Shown: piece after piece, positions 9,757 through 20,298 of the stretch
Layout of the letters: the number at the start of each line of letters is the position of its first letter
How positions within the stretch are numbered: position 1 is the stretch's first letter
Notes under the pieces: generated by a model
Told to the model about the DNA's origin: nothing
What the model saw: only the letters and a program-made list of their open reading frames with translations
Databases searched by the model: none
Assembly (NCBI GenBank): GCA_963843575.1
Contig: CAWJKZ010000015.1
Coordinates: 192,001-256,000 of the forward strand
DNA length: 64,000 bases
Direction of reading: 5' to 3'
From: an uncultured Acidobacteriota bacterium
GTDB taxonomy: Bacteria > Acidobacteriota > UBA6911
Position numbers and translations under genes: made by a program

Positions 9757-10341
9757 ATGGCCGAGATAGCTACAGACCCGATTGCCGGATTTCTGCAGGC
9801 CGTGCAGAGGGCGCAGGACGCCGGCGTCGACACCGCGCCGGCGGCGCTGGGGACCGCGGACGTGCGCGGGCGGCCGTCCGTCCGGATGGTCCTGGTCCGC
9901 CACGCCGACGCGCGCGGCTTCGTCTTCTACACGAACCATCTGAGCCGGAAGGCGCGCGACCTCACGTCCAACCCGCAGGCGGCCTTGTGCTTTCACTGGC
10001 CTGCCCTCGAGCAACAGATCCGTGCGGAGGGGCGCGTCGAGCGCCTGGGCCCGAGGGAGTCGGATGCCTACTTCGCCACCCGGCCGCGCGGCAGCCAGCT
10101 TGGTGCATGGGCGTCCGAACAGAGCGCGCCCCTGCCCGCCCGGGAGTTGCTGGACGAGCGCTATCGCGAAGTGGAGAGGCGGTTCGGTGCCGGGGACGTG
10201 CCTCGTCCACCGTTCTGGGGAGGGTACCGCCTGATTCCCGACCAGGTCGAGTTCTGGTACGGCCGGCCGGACCGGCTTCACGACCGCATCCTCTTCACAC
10301 GCCACGAAGCGGCCTGGCGCAAAGAGCGCCTCTACCCGTAA
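9757..10341 (+). CDS. pdxH: pyridoxamine 5'-phosphate oxidase
   Basis: RPSVRMVL, FYTN..SRK, YFATRPRGSQLGAWASEQS and EFW.GRPDRLHDR motifs; ATG 9757. Confidence 0.95.
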   Translation: MAEIATDPIAGFLQAVQRAQDAGVDTAPAALGTADVRGRPSVRMVLVRHADARGFVFYTNHLSRKARDLTSNPQAALCFHWPALEQQIRAEGRVERLGPRESDAYFATRPRGSQLGAWASEQSAPLPARELLDERYREVERRFGAGDVPRPPFWGGYRLIPDQVEFWYGRPDRLHDRILFTRHEAAWRKERLYP

Positions 10342-10381
10342 GGAACTTCGAGGTTCTTCGAGGCCTTCGGGTTTTGGTCTT

Positions 10382-11185
10382 TCAGTGGCTAAGCAGCAGG
10401 AGGCTTACCGCCATCACGCCCATCCCTGCGATCAGGCCGTAGGCCGCGAGGTGATGTTCGCCGTACTCGCGTGCCGTGGGGAGCAGTTCGTCGAGCGAAA
10501 TGAACACCATGATGCCGGCGATTACCCCTAGAACCACGCCGCGGACGCCGTTGCCGAAGTAGCGCACAAAAAAGAAGTAGCCCAGGAGGGCCCCCAGCGG
10601 CTCGGCCATGCCGGACAGGAAGGAATAGAGGAATGCCTTCCTGCGGCTGTTGGTCGCGTAGAAGACCGGCACCGCGACCGCGATCCCCTCCGGGATGTTG
10701 TGCAGGCTGATGGCCACGGCGATCGAGACCCCCAGGGTCCTGTCGCTGAGGGCGGAGACGAAAGTCGCGAGCCCCTCGGGGAAGTTGTGTACCGCGATGG
10801 CTACAGCCGAAAATACCCCCATCCGCATCAGTTGGCGGTTTCTGCCGTTTTCGCGGTCGATTTCCTCCACCATCCGGGTTTCGTGGGGGTTTTCGTAAGA
10901 GGGAACCAGACGGTCGATGGCCGCCGTCAGGGCGATGCCCCCGAAGAAGGCCGCGACGGTGGCCCAGGCGCCCGGGCGCGCTCCGAACTCGAGGCCCAGA
11001 GCAACCCGCGCCTCGGCCAGAATCTCGACGAACGAGACGTAGATCATCACGCCCGCGGAGAAGCCGAGCGCGATGGAGAGAAACCGGGTGTTGGTTCGGT
11101 GCGTGAAGAAGGCGAGGCAACTGCCGATCCCGGTCGCCAACCCGGCGATGAACGTGAGCATAAACGCGAACGACACGTGATTCAT
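10382..11185 (-). CDS. zupT: ZIP family zinc transporter
   Basis: HNFPEG and HNIPEG motifs, GVMIYVSFVEI, DELLP. Confidence 0.92.
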   Translation of the reverse strand: MNHVSFAFMLTFIAGLATGIGSCLAFFTHRTNTRFLSIALGFSAGVMIYVSFVEILAEARVALGLEFGARPGAWATVAAFFGGIALTAAIDRLVPSYENPHETRMVEEIDRENGRNRQLMRMGVFSAVAIAVHNFPEGLATFVSALSDRTLGVSIAVAISLHNIPEGIAVAVPVFYATNSRRKAFLYSFLSGMAEPLGALLGYFFFVRYFGNGVRGVVLGVIAGIMVFISLDELLPTAREYGEHHLAAYGLIAGMGVMAVSLLLLSH

Positions 11186-11313
11186 GCAGCCGACTATCCT
11201 GGTGAAGATCCCATCATATCAGATCCGGTCGATGCGGTTCGCCGTCAAGCCTCCCGACGCGGGCGCCCCGCCCGGTGAGTCAAAACCGGGGGAGGCTCAT
11301 GCGGTTCCCCGAG

Positions 11314-12232
11314 TCAATCGGGGACCTTCATGCGAACCTTGGAGCCTTTCTTTTCGGCCCAGCCGTTGAACTCCTGCATCATCTCCCTTGTCCACCGGCT
11401 GTCGATCTGCCCGGGGGTGTACTTCCCCTCGCGCAGCATCTGATGCCCCCATTCGTCCCTGAGCTGGACTAGTTCGGACGAGTCGGCGACCTTCTCGGCG
11501 AGCTGGGCGGGGATGAATGTGAGTCCCTCGGGATCGCTCACGACGACATCGCCCGGCATGACGGTCACCTGCCCGATCCGGATCGGGACATTGATGCCCA
11601 TCAGGGTCGCGTCCCGGAGCGCGGAAGGATCGAAGCCCCGAACGAAGCAGCGGAATCCGGCGATCTCGGATATGCCGGAGACGTCGCGCACCGCCCCATC
11701 GACGATCAGGCCCGTGCCGGTCTTGGAAGAGATCGAGGTCGCGAGGTTGTCGCCGGCGAAGGTTCCGTCCTTGATTTTGCCGTACAGGTCCACCACGAGG
11801 ACGTCGTTGCGCACGAGCGTATCGATGACCCAGGAGTTCTGTCCTCCCGCCTGGTTTCTCCCCTCCTTCTTGCCGTAGTCGGCGATGACCGCGTTCACGT
11901 CGGGGCGCAGCGGCATGAAAGCGGCCGTCACGACGCGTCCGACCAGGCGTTCCCCGGGGTTGACGACTGTGCCATCCACCCTCGAACTGGTAACGATACC
12001 CCGCCCCTTGCAGTACCCCCCAGGCTTCTTCGGCGGTGACGTTTTTCAGGCGCGCGAGCAGTTCGTCCGGAACCTTCGGGCGCCCGTCGGGGAAGCGTTC
12101 CCCCTTCCATTCGCGGGTGAATTCCTTGCGCTGCTCGGCCGACCACATACCCAGCTGGGCCTGGGCGGAACTCGCGCAGAGGAAAACCAGGATCAAAACA
12201 GGAAGTGCGGAACGGCAGCCGGATGCTCTCAT
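11314..12232 (-). CDS. secreted RraA-family (demethylmenaquinone methyltransferase-like) protein, split by one frameshift near 11970
   Basis: N-terminal part (signal peptide, WKGERFPDGRPKVPD...FEGGW) and C-terminal part (VVNPGERLVGR...GDNL..DGAVRD..PGDVV) are in different frames. Confidence 0.75.
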
Positions 12233-12316
12233 AGGGTCCCCCATTTCACAAACGGAGCGCCCAAGAATAACCCAGCTCGGCCGCCGACCGACAGACATAC
12301 TTCATTCCCCGGTAAA

Positions 12317-12486
12317 CAAGTGGGTCCGGGCTTCAGCCCGGACGCTGTTTGCGGTCGCTATGCAGGGCAGGTGGAATTCTATGGAACGGATTTAAAGACG
12401 TCCGGGCTGAAGCCTGGATCCACTTGCTATACGGGCAGGGCGGGCAGACCAACCGTTGGACAGCCTATTAAGCCCGGACCCACTTG
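12317..12486. repeat. 170-bp three-REP composite, family A (inverted, diverged copy of 5325-5494)
   Basis: Same REP arms and recognisable spacers in reverse orientation. Confidence 0.8.
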
Positions 12487-12937
12487 GTAGCTGGTCGAGT
12501 TTCGCTTGGGATTAATTGAGCCGTGGAGGATCTCGAAGTGTGTTGCGGGCAAAAAAAATGGTCGCTGCGACCCCGTTCCCTTGACCCGACGCTTTCGGAA
12601 CCCTCTTTCCCGCTGCCCGGGATCGAGTATCGGTCGAAAGTAGCTGGCCGTCACCAGAGCTTTCTTCCGGTGACACCTGCCGGCTTCGACGCCGGCCGGC
12701 TTCGACCTCCTAGCGCAACGAACAAACCTGTTAAGCCCGTCCGTCGCCCATCTGCCGGTGTTCAAGGGCCGCGTAAATCACAGCGACCACAATCAATTTC
12801 TCAAATTAGTTCGCGGCCGTCAACCGCCTTTATTTGTGAAAAAGATTTCCACAGGATATCCAGCCGCGGCCGCGCGACATGCGGCCCGCGCACCTTTTTT
12901 GATAGTTTCCATCCATGGAAACTACATTCCGCGCGCC

Positions 12938-14377
12938 TCAATAGGCGCGGGCGAAGATGGCTTTTTCCCGGGAGGGTTGCCCGCAGTAGATGCACGTTCC
13001 CTCGGCTGGTTCCTGCTCGAGGGGGATGCAGCGCGTGGTCGCCCTGGTCTCCTGCTTGATGTGTTCCTCGCACTGCGGGTTTCCGCACCAGAACGCGGAG
13101 GCGAATCCCGTCTCCACTGCGGTTTTGAACTCTTCGTAGTCGCGCGGCTCGCCGGTCCGCGAGGTGCGGAAGGCGAGGGCTCGGTCATAGAGCGCCTGCT
13201 GGATTTCGGCCAACAGTTTCCGGGTCGTGTCGCACACGTTCTCCTGCGCTACGAATGACTTGCCCTCCTTGCCGGGCTTGTCGCGGCGGGCGAGCACCAG
13301 GGTCCCTTTGGCGACGTCGCGCGGGCCGATTTCGACGCGCAGCGGGACGCCGCGCATTTCCCAGTCGTTGAACTTGAAGCCGGGGCTGGTCCCTTCGCGG
13401 TCGTCGATGCGGGTTCGTATCCCGGCGGACTGGAGTGCACCGAGGATCTTGCGGCCGGCTTCGAGGACCAGGGACTTCTCGGCGTCGGTCTTGAAGATGG
13501 GCACCACGATGGCCTGGATAGGGGCGAGTCGGGGCGGGAAGATCAGGCCCTGGTCGTCGCCGTGGACCATGATAATCGCACCGATGAAGCGCGTCGACAG
13601 CCCCCAGGAGGTCGTCCAGCAGAACTGCAGTTCGCCCTGGCGGTCCAGGTATCGGATTTCGAAAGCCTTTGCGAAGTTCTGCCCGAGGTTGTGCGAGGTC
13701 CCGGCCTGCAGCGCCTTGCCGTCGCCCATCATCGCTTCGATGGAGTACGTCTGATCCGCGCCGGCGAAGCGCTCTGAGGCGGACTTGCGTCCCGGGATGA
13801 CTGGGACGGCAGCCTCGTTCCGGGCGAAGTCGACGTATATGTCGAGCATCTGGCGGGTTTCGGCCTCGGCCTCGTCGAAGGTGGCGTGGGCGGTGTGCCC
13901 TTCCTGCCAATAAAATTCCAGCGTGCGCAGGAACAGCTTGGTGCGCAGCTCCCAGCGCACGACGCTGTTCCACTGGTTGATCAGGACGGGCAGGTCGCGG
14001 TAGGACTGGATCCACTTCGAGTAGGCGTGCCCGATGATGGTCTCGGAGGTTGGGCGCACGACCAGCGGCTCCTGCAGTTCCTCCCCGCCGCCGATCGTGA
14101 CCACCGCCAGTTCCGGGGAGAAGCCTTCCACGTGGGAACGCTCTTTTTCGATGAAGCTGCGGGGGATCAGCAGCGGGAAGGCGGCGTTGGAGTGGCCGGT
14201 TTCCTTGAACCGGCGATCGAGCGCCTGCTGTATGTTCTCCCACAGGGCCCAGCCGTACGGGCGCACGATCATGCAGCCGCGGACCGGGGCGTAGTCGGCC
14301 AGCTCGGCGCGCAGCACCAGCTGGTTGTACCATTCGGAAAAATCTTCGGATCGGGACGGCAGTTTCAGATCGGACAT
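12938..14377 (-). CDS. proS: proline--tRNA ligase (archaeal/eukaryote-like type)
   Basis: FSEWY, HVEGFSPE, RPTSET, RWE..FLRTLEFYWQEGHT, QAGTSHNLGQNF; C-terminal ARAY. Confidence 0.97.
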   Translation of the reverse strand: MSDLKLPSRSEDFSEWYNQLVLRAELADYAPVRGCMIVRPYGWALWENIQQALDRRFKETGHSNAAFPLLIPRSFIEKERSHVEGFSPELAVVTIGGGEELQEPLVVRPTSETIIGHAYSKWIQSYRDLPVLINQWNSVVRWELRTKLFLRTLEFYWQEGHTAHATFDEAEAETRQMLDIYVDFARNEAAVPVIPGRKSASERFAGADQTYSIEAMMGDGKALQAGTSHNLGQNFAKAFEIRYLDRQGELQFCWTTSWGLSTRFIGAIIMVHGDDQGLIFPPRLAPIQAIVVPIFKTDAEKSLVLEAGRKILGALQSAGIRTRIDDREGTSPGFKFNDWEMRGVPLRVEIGPRDVAKGTLVLARRDKPGKEGKSFVAQENVCDTTRKLLAEIQQALYDRALAFRTSRTGEPRDYEEFKTAVETGFASAFWCGNPQCEEHIKQETRATTRCIPLEQEPAEGTCIYCGQPSREKAIFARAY

Positions 14378-14502
14378 AGCGAAGAACCCTAACGAAAGCC
14401 GACCCCCCTGTCAACAAAGAGTATGTGCAACGTGTTGCGCGGACAGCGCCGCGCCGTTATCCTGTGGGGTCGATATTTCCAGCCTTGGGGGTGAGCCGCG
14501 GG

Positions 14503-14768
14503 AACGCGGATCTTTCCGGATTTTACGGATTCACGCGGATCGGCCGCGCCCGGCATTCCTCCCCGAGGGCCGGCGCTTCGCGCCGATGCATCAAAGCCCG
14601 GCTCCCGCAGGAAAGCGCGCGGTTGGAAGGATGCCGCTCGATTCAAGGTCCACGCTTTTCTGCGGGAGCCGGGCTTTGATGCGAGCCAAAGGCAGCCCTC
14701 GGGGAGGAATGCCGGGCGCGGCCTGCCACCAGGTAGAAGTCCGCGTGCATCCGCGCAAATCCGCGTCC
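14503..14768. repeat. nested long inverted repeat upstream of proS
   Basis: Perfect 29-bp arms at 14542-14570/14695-14723 and perfect 23-bp arms at 14588-14610/14660-14682, flanked by ACGCGGAT/ATCCGCGT-type repeats. Confidence 0.8.
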
Positions 14769-14844
14769 TGGAAACGTTAGTGTATTTCTAAACACGAGTA
14801 CTTAGGGGCCTCGACGAATCTCAAAGCCCGATAGGGGGGACTGG

Positions 14845-16386
14845 ATGGGTACGACGCCGGGCGATTCCAAAGCGCGAGAAACAGGTGTGCTGGCGGCCCT
14901 GGCGGTTATGAACGTCGGCATCCACGTGGCGGCCATCGGTCGGTACGGCTACCATCGCGACGAGCTGTACTTTCTCGACTGCGCCTCGCACCTCGACTTC
15001 GGCTACGTCGACCACCCCCCTTTTCTCGAGTTCCTCCTCGCGCCGACGCGCTGGCTCCTGGGGGACTCGCTGACCGCCATCCGGGTTCCCGCGGTGCTGG
15101 CCTCGACGGCCGTCGTCCTGCTCACCGCCCGAATGGCGCGCGAGCTCGGGGGCGGGCCATTTGCCCAGCTGCTCGCCGGGCTGGCCGCCCTGCTGGCGCC
15201 GGTCTACCTGGTGACGTCGGGCATGATTTCGGTCGAAGGGATCAACACGCTGTTCTGGGTCCTGGCGCTGTACCTTATGCTCCTGATCGTGAAGCTCCCC
15301 ACCGGGCGCCGTTGGCTCACCCTGGGCGCGGTCTTTGGTGCCGGGCTGTTGACCAAGTACGCCATGGCATTCCTCGGCGCCGGCCTGGGCGTCGGATTGC
15401 TGCTGACCCGCGAGCGCAGGCTGGCCGCAAGCCGGTGGCCATGGCTGGCGGCGCTCGTGGCGTTCCTGCTGTTCCTGCCCAACCTCGTCTGGCAACGGGC
15501 ACACCAGTGGCCGTTCGTCTCCTACGCTCAGAAGATCCACGAACACATGATGCAGTGGATCCCGGTGCACTTCTACGTGCTGGCGCAGGTGTTTTTCATC
15601 GGGGTGGCGGGTTTTGCGCTGTCGCTGGCCGGGTTTTTCTGCCTGCTGTTCGTGCCGGGATTACGGCGTTTCCGTATGTTCGCGCTTGCGTTTGCCGCGA
15701 TACTGATCCTCCTGATGGTCGTGGGATCGAAGCCCTACTACCCCGCGCCGGCCTACACGATACTGCTGGCGGCCGGTGCCGTCGGCGCGGAGCGGCTGGC
15801 GGCCCGTCCAGGCTGGCGCCTCACGAAGCCGGCCGCCGTCGCGGCGCTCGGGCTCGCCGGGCTTATTCTGCTGCCCTATGCGTTGCCCGTGCTCCCGGTG
15901 GAACGGTTCCTGGCCTATTCCAGGGTCGTCCATCTGGATGCGGCGTTCACGTTCGAGACGGGACGGAAGCTACCCCTGCCGCAGCATTTCGCCGACATGT
16001 TCGGGTGGGAAAACCAGGTCGAGACGGTCGCCCGCGTCTACCGCAGCCTCGGCGCCGCTGAGCGGGCCAAGACCGTCATATACGCCGACAACTACGGGGA
16101 AGCGGGCGCGGTGAATCTCTTCGGCCGGAAATACGGGTTGCCACGTGCCGTTTCGGGGCACTTCAACTACTACTACTGGGGCCCCGGCCCCGACGACACG
16201 AAGGTAGTCATCACGCTGGGTGAGACGGACAAGTCCGCTCTTGTGCGGGGTTTCGGGGATGTGCAGCAGGCGGCGCTCATCACGCACCCGTACGCGATCT
16301 TTTACGAGAACATGATCCCGGTGTTTGTGTGCCGCAACCCCAGGCTGCCGATTCAGGAGCTCTGGCACCGCACCAAGTCGTTTTAG
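14845..16386 (+). CDS. GT39/ArnT-like (PMT_2) membrane glycosyltransferase
   Basis: YGYHRDELYF, GYVDHPP, R.P, KY, PNLVWQ, KPYY and NYGEAGA motifs; multiple TM segments. Confidence 0.88.
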   Translation: MGTTPGDSKARETGVLAALAVMNVGIHVAAIGRYGYHRDELYFLDCASHLDFGYVDHPPFLEFLLAPTRWLLGDSLTAIRVPAVLASTAVVLLTARMARELGGGPFAQLLAGLAALLAPVYLVTSGMISVEGINTLFWVLALYLMLLIVKLPTGRRWLTLGAVFGAGLLTKYAMAFLGAGLGVGLLLTRERRLAASRWPWLAALVAFLLFLPNLVWQRAHQWPFVSYAQKIHEHMMQWIPVHFYVLAQVFFIGVAGFALSLAGFFCLLFVPGLRRFRMFALAFAAILILLMVVGSKPYYPAPAYTILLAAGAVGAERLAARPGWRLTKPAAVAALGLAGLILLPYALPVLPVERFLAYSRVVHLDAAFTFETGRKLPLPQHFADMFGWENQVETVARVYRSLGAAERAKTVIYADNYGEAGAVNLFGRKYGLPRAVSGHFNYYYWGPGPDDTKVVITLGETDKSALVRGFGDVQQAALITHPYAIFYENMIPVFVCRNPRLPIQELWHRTKSF

Positions 16387-16410
16387 ACGGTTCGAAACGG
16401 ACGACGCGAC

Positions 16411-17700
16411 ATGGCATTGACTGGGACTCGCACCTTTGTCGGATTCGGCTTCGGGGCCATCCAGGCCGGACTGTTCCTGCACGAAGCCTACCTCTCCGGG
16501 GCTTTCCGGAATCTCGTGATTGCGGAAGTCCTGCCAGACCTGGTCCGGGCCATCCGCGGGTCGGGAGGGTGGGTCTCGGTTAATATCGCTCACGGCGACG
16601 GGGTGCGGGTTTCCCGCATCGGCCCTGTCGAAATGCTCGACCCGGCCTGCCCGAACGACAGGCTCCGGTTGATCGAGGTGCTCGCTGCTGCACAGGAAAT
16701 CGCCACCGCCGTGCCAAGCGTGCGTTATTACAGATCGGGGTTGCCGGGAAGCATCGACCGCATGCTGGCCGAGGGTTTGCGCCGCAAAGCGGAGCAGGCT
16801 GGGCCGCGGGCGATCGTCTACACGGCCGAGAACCACAACCACGCCGCCGAACTCCTGGAAGAGTCCGTGTTCGACGGTATCCCTGCTGCCGAGCGCGACG
16901 CGGTCCGCCCCAGCGTCTGTTTCCTCAATACCGTGATCGGGAAAATGAGCGGGATGGTCGGGGCGGCGGATCCCGGTGACGCGCCGCTCGCCACCATCAC
17001 CCCCGGGGCAGGACGGGCATTCCTGGTGGAGGCGTTCAACCGGATACTGATCTCGCGCATCCGGTTCGACCCGGCGGGACACGGACCGGGATTCCGGCGC
17101 GGGATCGAGGTGTTCGAGGAGAAAGACGACCTCATTCCCTTCGAAGAGGCGAAGCTGTTCGGCCACAACGCTACCCATGCGCTCGCCGCGTATGTCGCCG
17201 CGGTGCGAGGTCTGCGGCGCATCGCCGACCTGACGGAGTTCCCCGGGATCCTCCGCTTCGTCGAGGCGGCGTTCCTCGAGGAATCGGGCGAGGGATTGAT
17301 CCGGACGCACGCGGGCGTTGACCCGCTGTTCACCCGGAAAGGGTACCGCGCCTACGCCGAAGACCTTCTGCAGCGTATGACAAACCCGTTTCTGCGCGAC
17401 ACCGTGGAGCGGGTCGGACGGGACGCCGAGCGAAAACTCGGCTGGGACGACCGGTTGGTCGGGACCATGAGGATGGCGTTGCGGCAGGGGTTGGTTCCTG
17501 TAAGATACGCTCTGGGCACGGCCGCGGCCCTGGACGCGGCGGGCTGCGGACCAGAAACGGGCGCGTTCCTGGACAAGCTGTGGGCCGGTGCTTCACCGGA
17601 CGGTGCAGAGCGCGCCGCGGTTCTGGCGCTGGTCGAAGAAGCCCGCCGCCGGCTGCGTGCCTGGCGCGATTCCGGCTTCCCTCCGCTCGAACAGCCATAA
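16411..17700 (+). CDS. mannitol-1-phosphate/altronate dehydrogenase-like protein
   Basis: GFGAIQAG Rossmann start, AEN, KLFGHNATHA, NPFLRDTVERVGRD..RKL..DDRL motifs. Confidence 0.8.
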   Translation: MALTGTRTFVGFGFGAIQAGLFLHEAYLSGAFRNLVIAEVLPDLVRAIRGSGGWVSVNIAHGDGVRVSRIGPVEMLDPACPNDRLRLIEVLAAAQEIATAVPSVRYYRSGLPGSIDRMLAEGLRRKAEQAGPRAIVYTAENHNHAAELLEESVFDGIPAAERDAVRPSVCFLNTVIGKMSGMVGAADPGDAPLATITPGAGRAFLVEAFNRILISRIRFDPAGHGPGFRRGIEVFEEKDDLIPFEEAKLFGHNATHALAAYVAAVRGLRRIADLTEFPGILRFVEAAFLEESGEGLIRTHAGVDPLFTRKGYRAYAEDLLQRMTNPFLRDTVERVGRDAERKLGWDDRLVGTMRMALRQGLVPVRYALGTAAALDAAGCGPETGAFLDKLWAGASPDGAERAAVLALVEEARRRLRAWRDSGFPPLEQP

Positions 17701-17712
17701 TGCGAGGATCAC

Positions 17713-18012
17713 ATGTCTGAAGACGAACCGAAGAGTGCGTACGAGCTGGCGATGGAACGCCTGCGCAAGCAAGACACCGACCAGGGGGTCACCGAGCAGG
17801 CACTGACCGCAGCACAGAAACAGGCGATCGCCGAGGCGCAGCGCGCCTGCCAAGCCAAGCTGGCCGAGCTCGAAATCATGCACAAATCGAAGCTTGCCGG
17901 CGTCCAGGACGCGGAGGCGTTCGAGGCGTTGCAGCGGAATTACCGCCGGGACGTGGAGCGCGCCACCTCCGAGCGCGACCGCGCCATCGCAAAGATCCGC
18001 CGCGGTGACTAA
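17713..18012 (+). CDS. small helical hypothetical protein
   Basis: GAGGA RBS; KSAYELAMERL start; coiled-coil character. Confidence 0.75.
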   Translation: MSEDEPKSAYELAMERLRKQDTDQGVTEQALTAAQKQAIAEAQRACQAKLAELEIMHKSKLAGVQDAEAFEALQRNYRRDVERATSERDRAIAKIRRGD

Positions 18013-18014
18013 TA

Positions 18015-18450
18015 GTGGGCCGCGTCGGCCCGACGCGGCACGGGAAGCGAGGGCACGGCACCGACCAGACCCCAGCCACAGGCCACCTCGCCGGAGAAGT
18101 CCCCCAGAGCGCCGGGACCCCGTTCCACGACTCTGCCACGACGCCGTCGCCGCAGAGGGAGTTTTCGTCCCCCGAGGCAGGGCCCGGATCGGGATCCGCG
18201 GCGGTGCCACGATCAGGATCGCGGCCGCGACGGCCGTGACTTGCGCAATGCGCCGCCGGTGGGCCAGCAGACGTTCCGGAAGCGCGCGGCGTCTTCCGCC
18301 GTGCGAACCAGCACGCGGCCCCAAAGGCCGCCGAGATCCGCGGGTATCAGCGCGACCGCACCTGCCAGAAGATTGGCGAACAGGGCATCCGGCAAGGAAT
18401 ATCCCGGCATTCCGGCAGCTCCGGGGCCGCGTCGGGCCGGCGCGGCCCAC
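18015..18450. repeat. inverted pair of REP-like palindromes (family C)
   Basis: GTGGGCCGCGTCGGCCCGACGCGGC at 18015-18039 with a near reverse complement at 18426-18450; related copy at 19982-20006. Confidence 0.6.
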
Positions 18451-18462
18451 CCGATCAAGCGC

Positions 18463-19941
18463 TCAGCGCGGCGGGGGGACCAGGCGATAGCTGACGAAAG
18501 CCACACGGCGGCTGTCGGGGGACCATGACGGCACGTTGATCGTACCCTGGCCGCCGAACAAGGTTGCTATGGTGCGCGGCACGCCCCCCTCGGCGGGCAC
18601 ACGCTGAAGGGTCACGTCCTTGTTGGCCGGGTGCCCTTTTACCGACGGGTCGTAGGACAGGTACACGATCCACTTGCCGTCCGGGGAGGGATGGGCAAAC
18701 CAGTCGGCCGAATCGGGTCCGCGCGAAAACATCTCCTGCGCGCTGCCGTCGGACCGCATCCGCCAGATGCGCATGAGCCCGCTGCGCTCGGAGTTGAAAT
18801 AGATGAACGCACCGTCGGGCGAATATTCCGGCCCGTCGTCGAGCCCCGGAGCCGTGGTAAGCCGGGTTTCCTGCCCACCTTCCGCAGGAACGGTGTAGAT
18901 GTCGTACTCGTCCTTGCGGCTGGCGCAATACGCGAGCACCTTACCGTCGGGGGACCAGCCGTGCCAGTAGCTTGGCGTGTTGGGGGTGACGAGCCGAGGG
19001 GTGCCCCCCAGCGCCGGCAGCACGTAGATCTGCGATTCTCCCTTGCCGATGCGGCCGCTGATGGCCAGCAGCTTCCCGTCGGGGGAGAGGCCGTGGTCGT
19101 TGTTCACGATCACGTCGCCGGTCGGTACGATCTCCGGCGTGCCGCCCGCGGCAGGCACGCGGTACAGCTTGCCGCCTCCATTGAAATAGAGGGTCTGCCC
19201 GTCCCGGGTCCAGTTCGGGGCCTCGAAGTGCTGGAGGGCGCGGTAAACGACCCGGCGAGCGCCGGTCTGGACGTCGACGGTCTCGAGCGTGCTCTCGACG
19301 ATGCGGGCCTTCGCCGGCACCGTCCCGCGCTCGTCGAGCCCGACTTGCTTAAACACGGCGGTCTGCCGGTCTGCGTCGTCGTGGGAACACACGGCCAGCC
19401 CCGCCTGGAGGTTCACCGGCAGCTGCACAGTAAGTGCGCCCATCGGCTGAAGGTCTTCATTCGCGGGTCCCGCCTCGAGCGAGACGACGTCCCCGTGGCG
19501 GGCGAGACGGACGCGCGCCGTCTTTGCCTTCAACGGCGCCCGGACCTCGAGCGTCGGCCCACCCTTCTCGCGCCGGTACTGCAGCGAGATGAGGCCGTCG
19601 GCGTGGAGCATCACGCTGGCGTGCGGGTCGTCGGGTCCGGTCCCCGCCCTGAGCATCAGGCCGGCTTTCTTGTGCTCGTTTCCCCCCGGGGTGGCCCAGT
19701 CGACGGTCGCGGTGAGCGTCACATCGCCGCGCACCTCCTTGCGCGCATAGTAAAACCCGTCAACCCTGTCCCAGATGTTCGCCCCGCTTGCCGTGATGCG
19801 GTAGGCGCCGGCGTCACGATCGTAAACCAGCGACCCGGGGGATCCGACCTTGCCGACGTCTCCGGAAGATGTGAACAGCATGACCGCGCCCTGCGACTGG
19901 GTGACGACGGCAAACAGGATGCACATCAGCAGTTTCTCCAT
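18463..19941 (-). CDS. secreted TolB-like protein (N-terminal beta-sandwich plus PD40 repeats)
   Basis: Signal peptide; repeated SPDG/WSPD motifs (FEAPNW, NNDHGLSPDG, SYWHGWSPDG, DDGPEYSPDG). Confidence 0.85.
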   Translation of the reverse strand: MEKLLMCILFAVVTQSQGAVMLFTSSGDVGKVGSPGSLVYDRDAGAYRITASGANIWDRVDGFYYARKEVRGDVTLTATVDWATPGGNEHKKAGLMLRAGTGPDDPHASVMLHADGLISLQYRREKGGPTLEVRAPLKAKTARVRLARHGDVVSLEAGPANEDLQPMGALTVQLPVNLQAGLAVCSHDDADRQTAVFKQVGLDERGTVPAKARIVESTLETVDVQTGARRVVYRALQHFEAPNWTRDGQTLYFNGGGKLYRVPAAGGTPEIVPTGDVIVNNDHGLSPDGKLLAISGRIGKGESQIYVLPALGGTPRLVTPNTPSYWHGWSPDGKVLAYCASRKDEYDIYTVPAEGGQETRLTTAPGLDDGPEYSPDGAFIYFNSERSGLMRIWRMRSDGSAQEMFSRGPDSADWFAHPSPDGKWIVYLSYDPSVKGHPANKDVTLQRVPAEGGVPRTIATLFGGQGTINVPSWSPDSRRVAFVSYRLVPPPR

Positions 19942-20298
19942 CCGGGGCCCCCTGACGAAATGCTTTGGATTCTACCACCAAGTGGGCCGCGGCGGCTCGA
20001 CGCGGCCGTTTCTGTCGCAAGAATCGCGGCCGGGCCGCAGGGCGCAAACTGCCCGGGACCCCAACTGCGGGTGGGCTTCAGCCGGCCCCCGATGCGCGAA
20101 GGGACTCGCGCGTGACCCGGACAAGGCAAGATGCGCGAAACTTTGCAGCCTTTGGGCTCGTCCTGGAGTAACATCAGCTCGTCCGGACCCACTGCAGTTT
20201 CGAGATCATTCGCGGAAGTGGACTACTCGGATCAGAAATCCTGGCCTGAGCATGATGTCAATGCTGCCTAATTCACCTACTAACCAAGGAAAGTCACT

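Noticed and set aside
12830-12856. TGTGAAAAA/ATTTCCACA DnaA-box-like or Rex/CRP-like site
   Set aside because: Only two boxes, no dnaA or oriC context, and the spacing does not fit Rex or CRP consensus.
14380-14500. T-box riboswitch upstream of proS
   Set aside because: No T-box consensus or terminator/antiterminator pair recognised.
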